Made by a program: the position numbers and the translations under genes. This document shows, piece after piece, positions 63,468-64,000 of a stretch of 64,000 bases of DNA. The notes under the pieces were generated by a model, which did not search any database, was not told where the DNA came from, and worked only from the letters and a program-made list of their open reading frames with translations. The first letter of the stretch is position 1, and every line of letters begins with the position of its first letter. The DNA is from an uncultured SAR86 cluster bacterium (GTDB taxonomy: Bacteria; Pseudomonadota; Gammaproteobacteria; Magnimaribacterales; D2472): positions 4,236-68,235 of the forward strand of contig CACOLO010000007.1 of the NCBI GenBank assembly GCA_902628085.1. The letters are read 5' to 3'.

Positions 63468-64000
63468 ATGAAAAATTCAAAAAATTTACTAGTCCGGTAT
63501 CTTTCAATATTTCTAATATTTGGTTCTATCAATATTATCGCGCAAGATAATGATGAAGCTATTGAAGAAGTTGTAGTTACTGGTTCTTACATTAAAGGTA
63601 GTCCAACTGATGGTGCTTCACCAGTTGAGATTATTTCTAGAGATACTATTGATGCCTTAAGCGCATCAACAGTAGCTGATATAACAGCGAATCTTTCAAT
63701 TAACTCAGGTTCTGAGAATAATACTGACTCTTTCACATCAGGTGCTACTCAAGGCTCTACAAACGTAAATTTGCGTGGTCTAGGCCTTACATCAACTTTA
63801 GTGCTACTTGATGGTAAAAGACATACTCTTGCAGGTATTGCAGCAAACGATGGAAGTGTTTATGTAAACACAAGCATTATTCCAGTTAATGCAATAGAAA
63901 GAGTTGAAGTCTTAAAAGAAGGCGCTGCTTCAGTATATGGCTCAGATGCGGTTGCTGGTGTTGTAAATTACATCTTCAGAAGAGATTTTGAAGGCGTGGA
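63468..64000 (+). CDS. TonB-dependent receptor (5' part; runs past the window end)
   Basis: Manual translation: signal peptide, TonB box EEVVVTGS, plug motifs VNLRGLG..TLVLLDGKR and IERVEVLKEGAASVYGSDAVAGVVN; not in ORF track. Confidence 0.96.
   Translation, partial: MKNSKNLLVRYLSIFLIFGSINIIAQDNDEAIEEVVVTGSYIKGSPTDGASPVEIISRDTIDALSASTVADITANLSINSGSENNTDSFTSGATQGSTNVNLRGLGLTSTLVLLDGKRHTLAGIAANDGSVYVNTSIIPVNAIERVEVLKEGAASVYGSDAVAGVVNYIFRRDFEGV

Overview
A compact, AT-rich (roughly one-third GC by eye) core-genome segment of a streamlined gammaproteobacterium. Gene content and style are compatible with a marine SAR86-like lineage, which is an inference. It holds the pnp-rpsO-truB-rbfA-infB-nusA-rimP cluster, tRNA-fMet, tRNA-Leu, secG-tpiA-glmM-ftsH-rlmE-greA-carBA, map-glnD-dapD-dapE, a POT peptide transporter, lptGF-pepA-valS, leuA, the rpsB-tsf-pyrH-frr-uppS-cdsA-dxr-rseP-bamA-skp-lpxD-fabZ-lpxA-lpxB-rnhB-dnaE-accA-tilS cluster, grpE-dnaK-dnaJ-dapB, fur, bamE, ratA, smpB, tmRNA and the 5' part of a TonB-dependent receptor. 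I saw no CRISPR array, IS element, prophage or defence system. The most notable observations are: (1) an unannotated 39-aa, very basic ORF (23500-23619) with ArfA-like features; (2) glnD broken by a single in-frame TGA; (3) a ValRS lacking its C-terminal ~200 aa; (4) several apparently leaderless genes (greA, fur, holD-like, RDD); (5) reciprocal synteny junctions (dapB|rpsB and map|carA) flanking a ~37 kb block; (6) an inverted tRNA-Leu.
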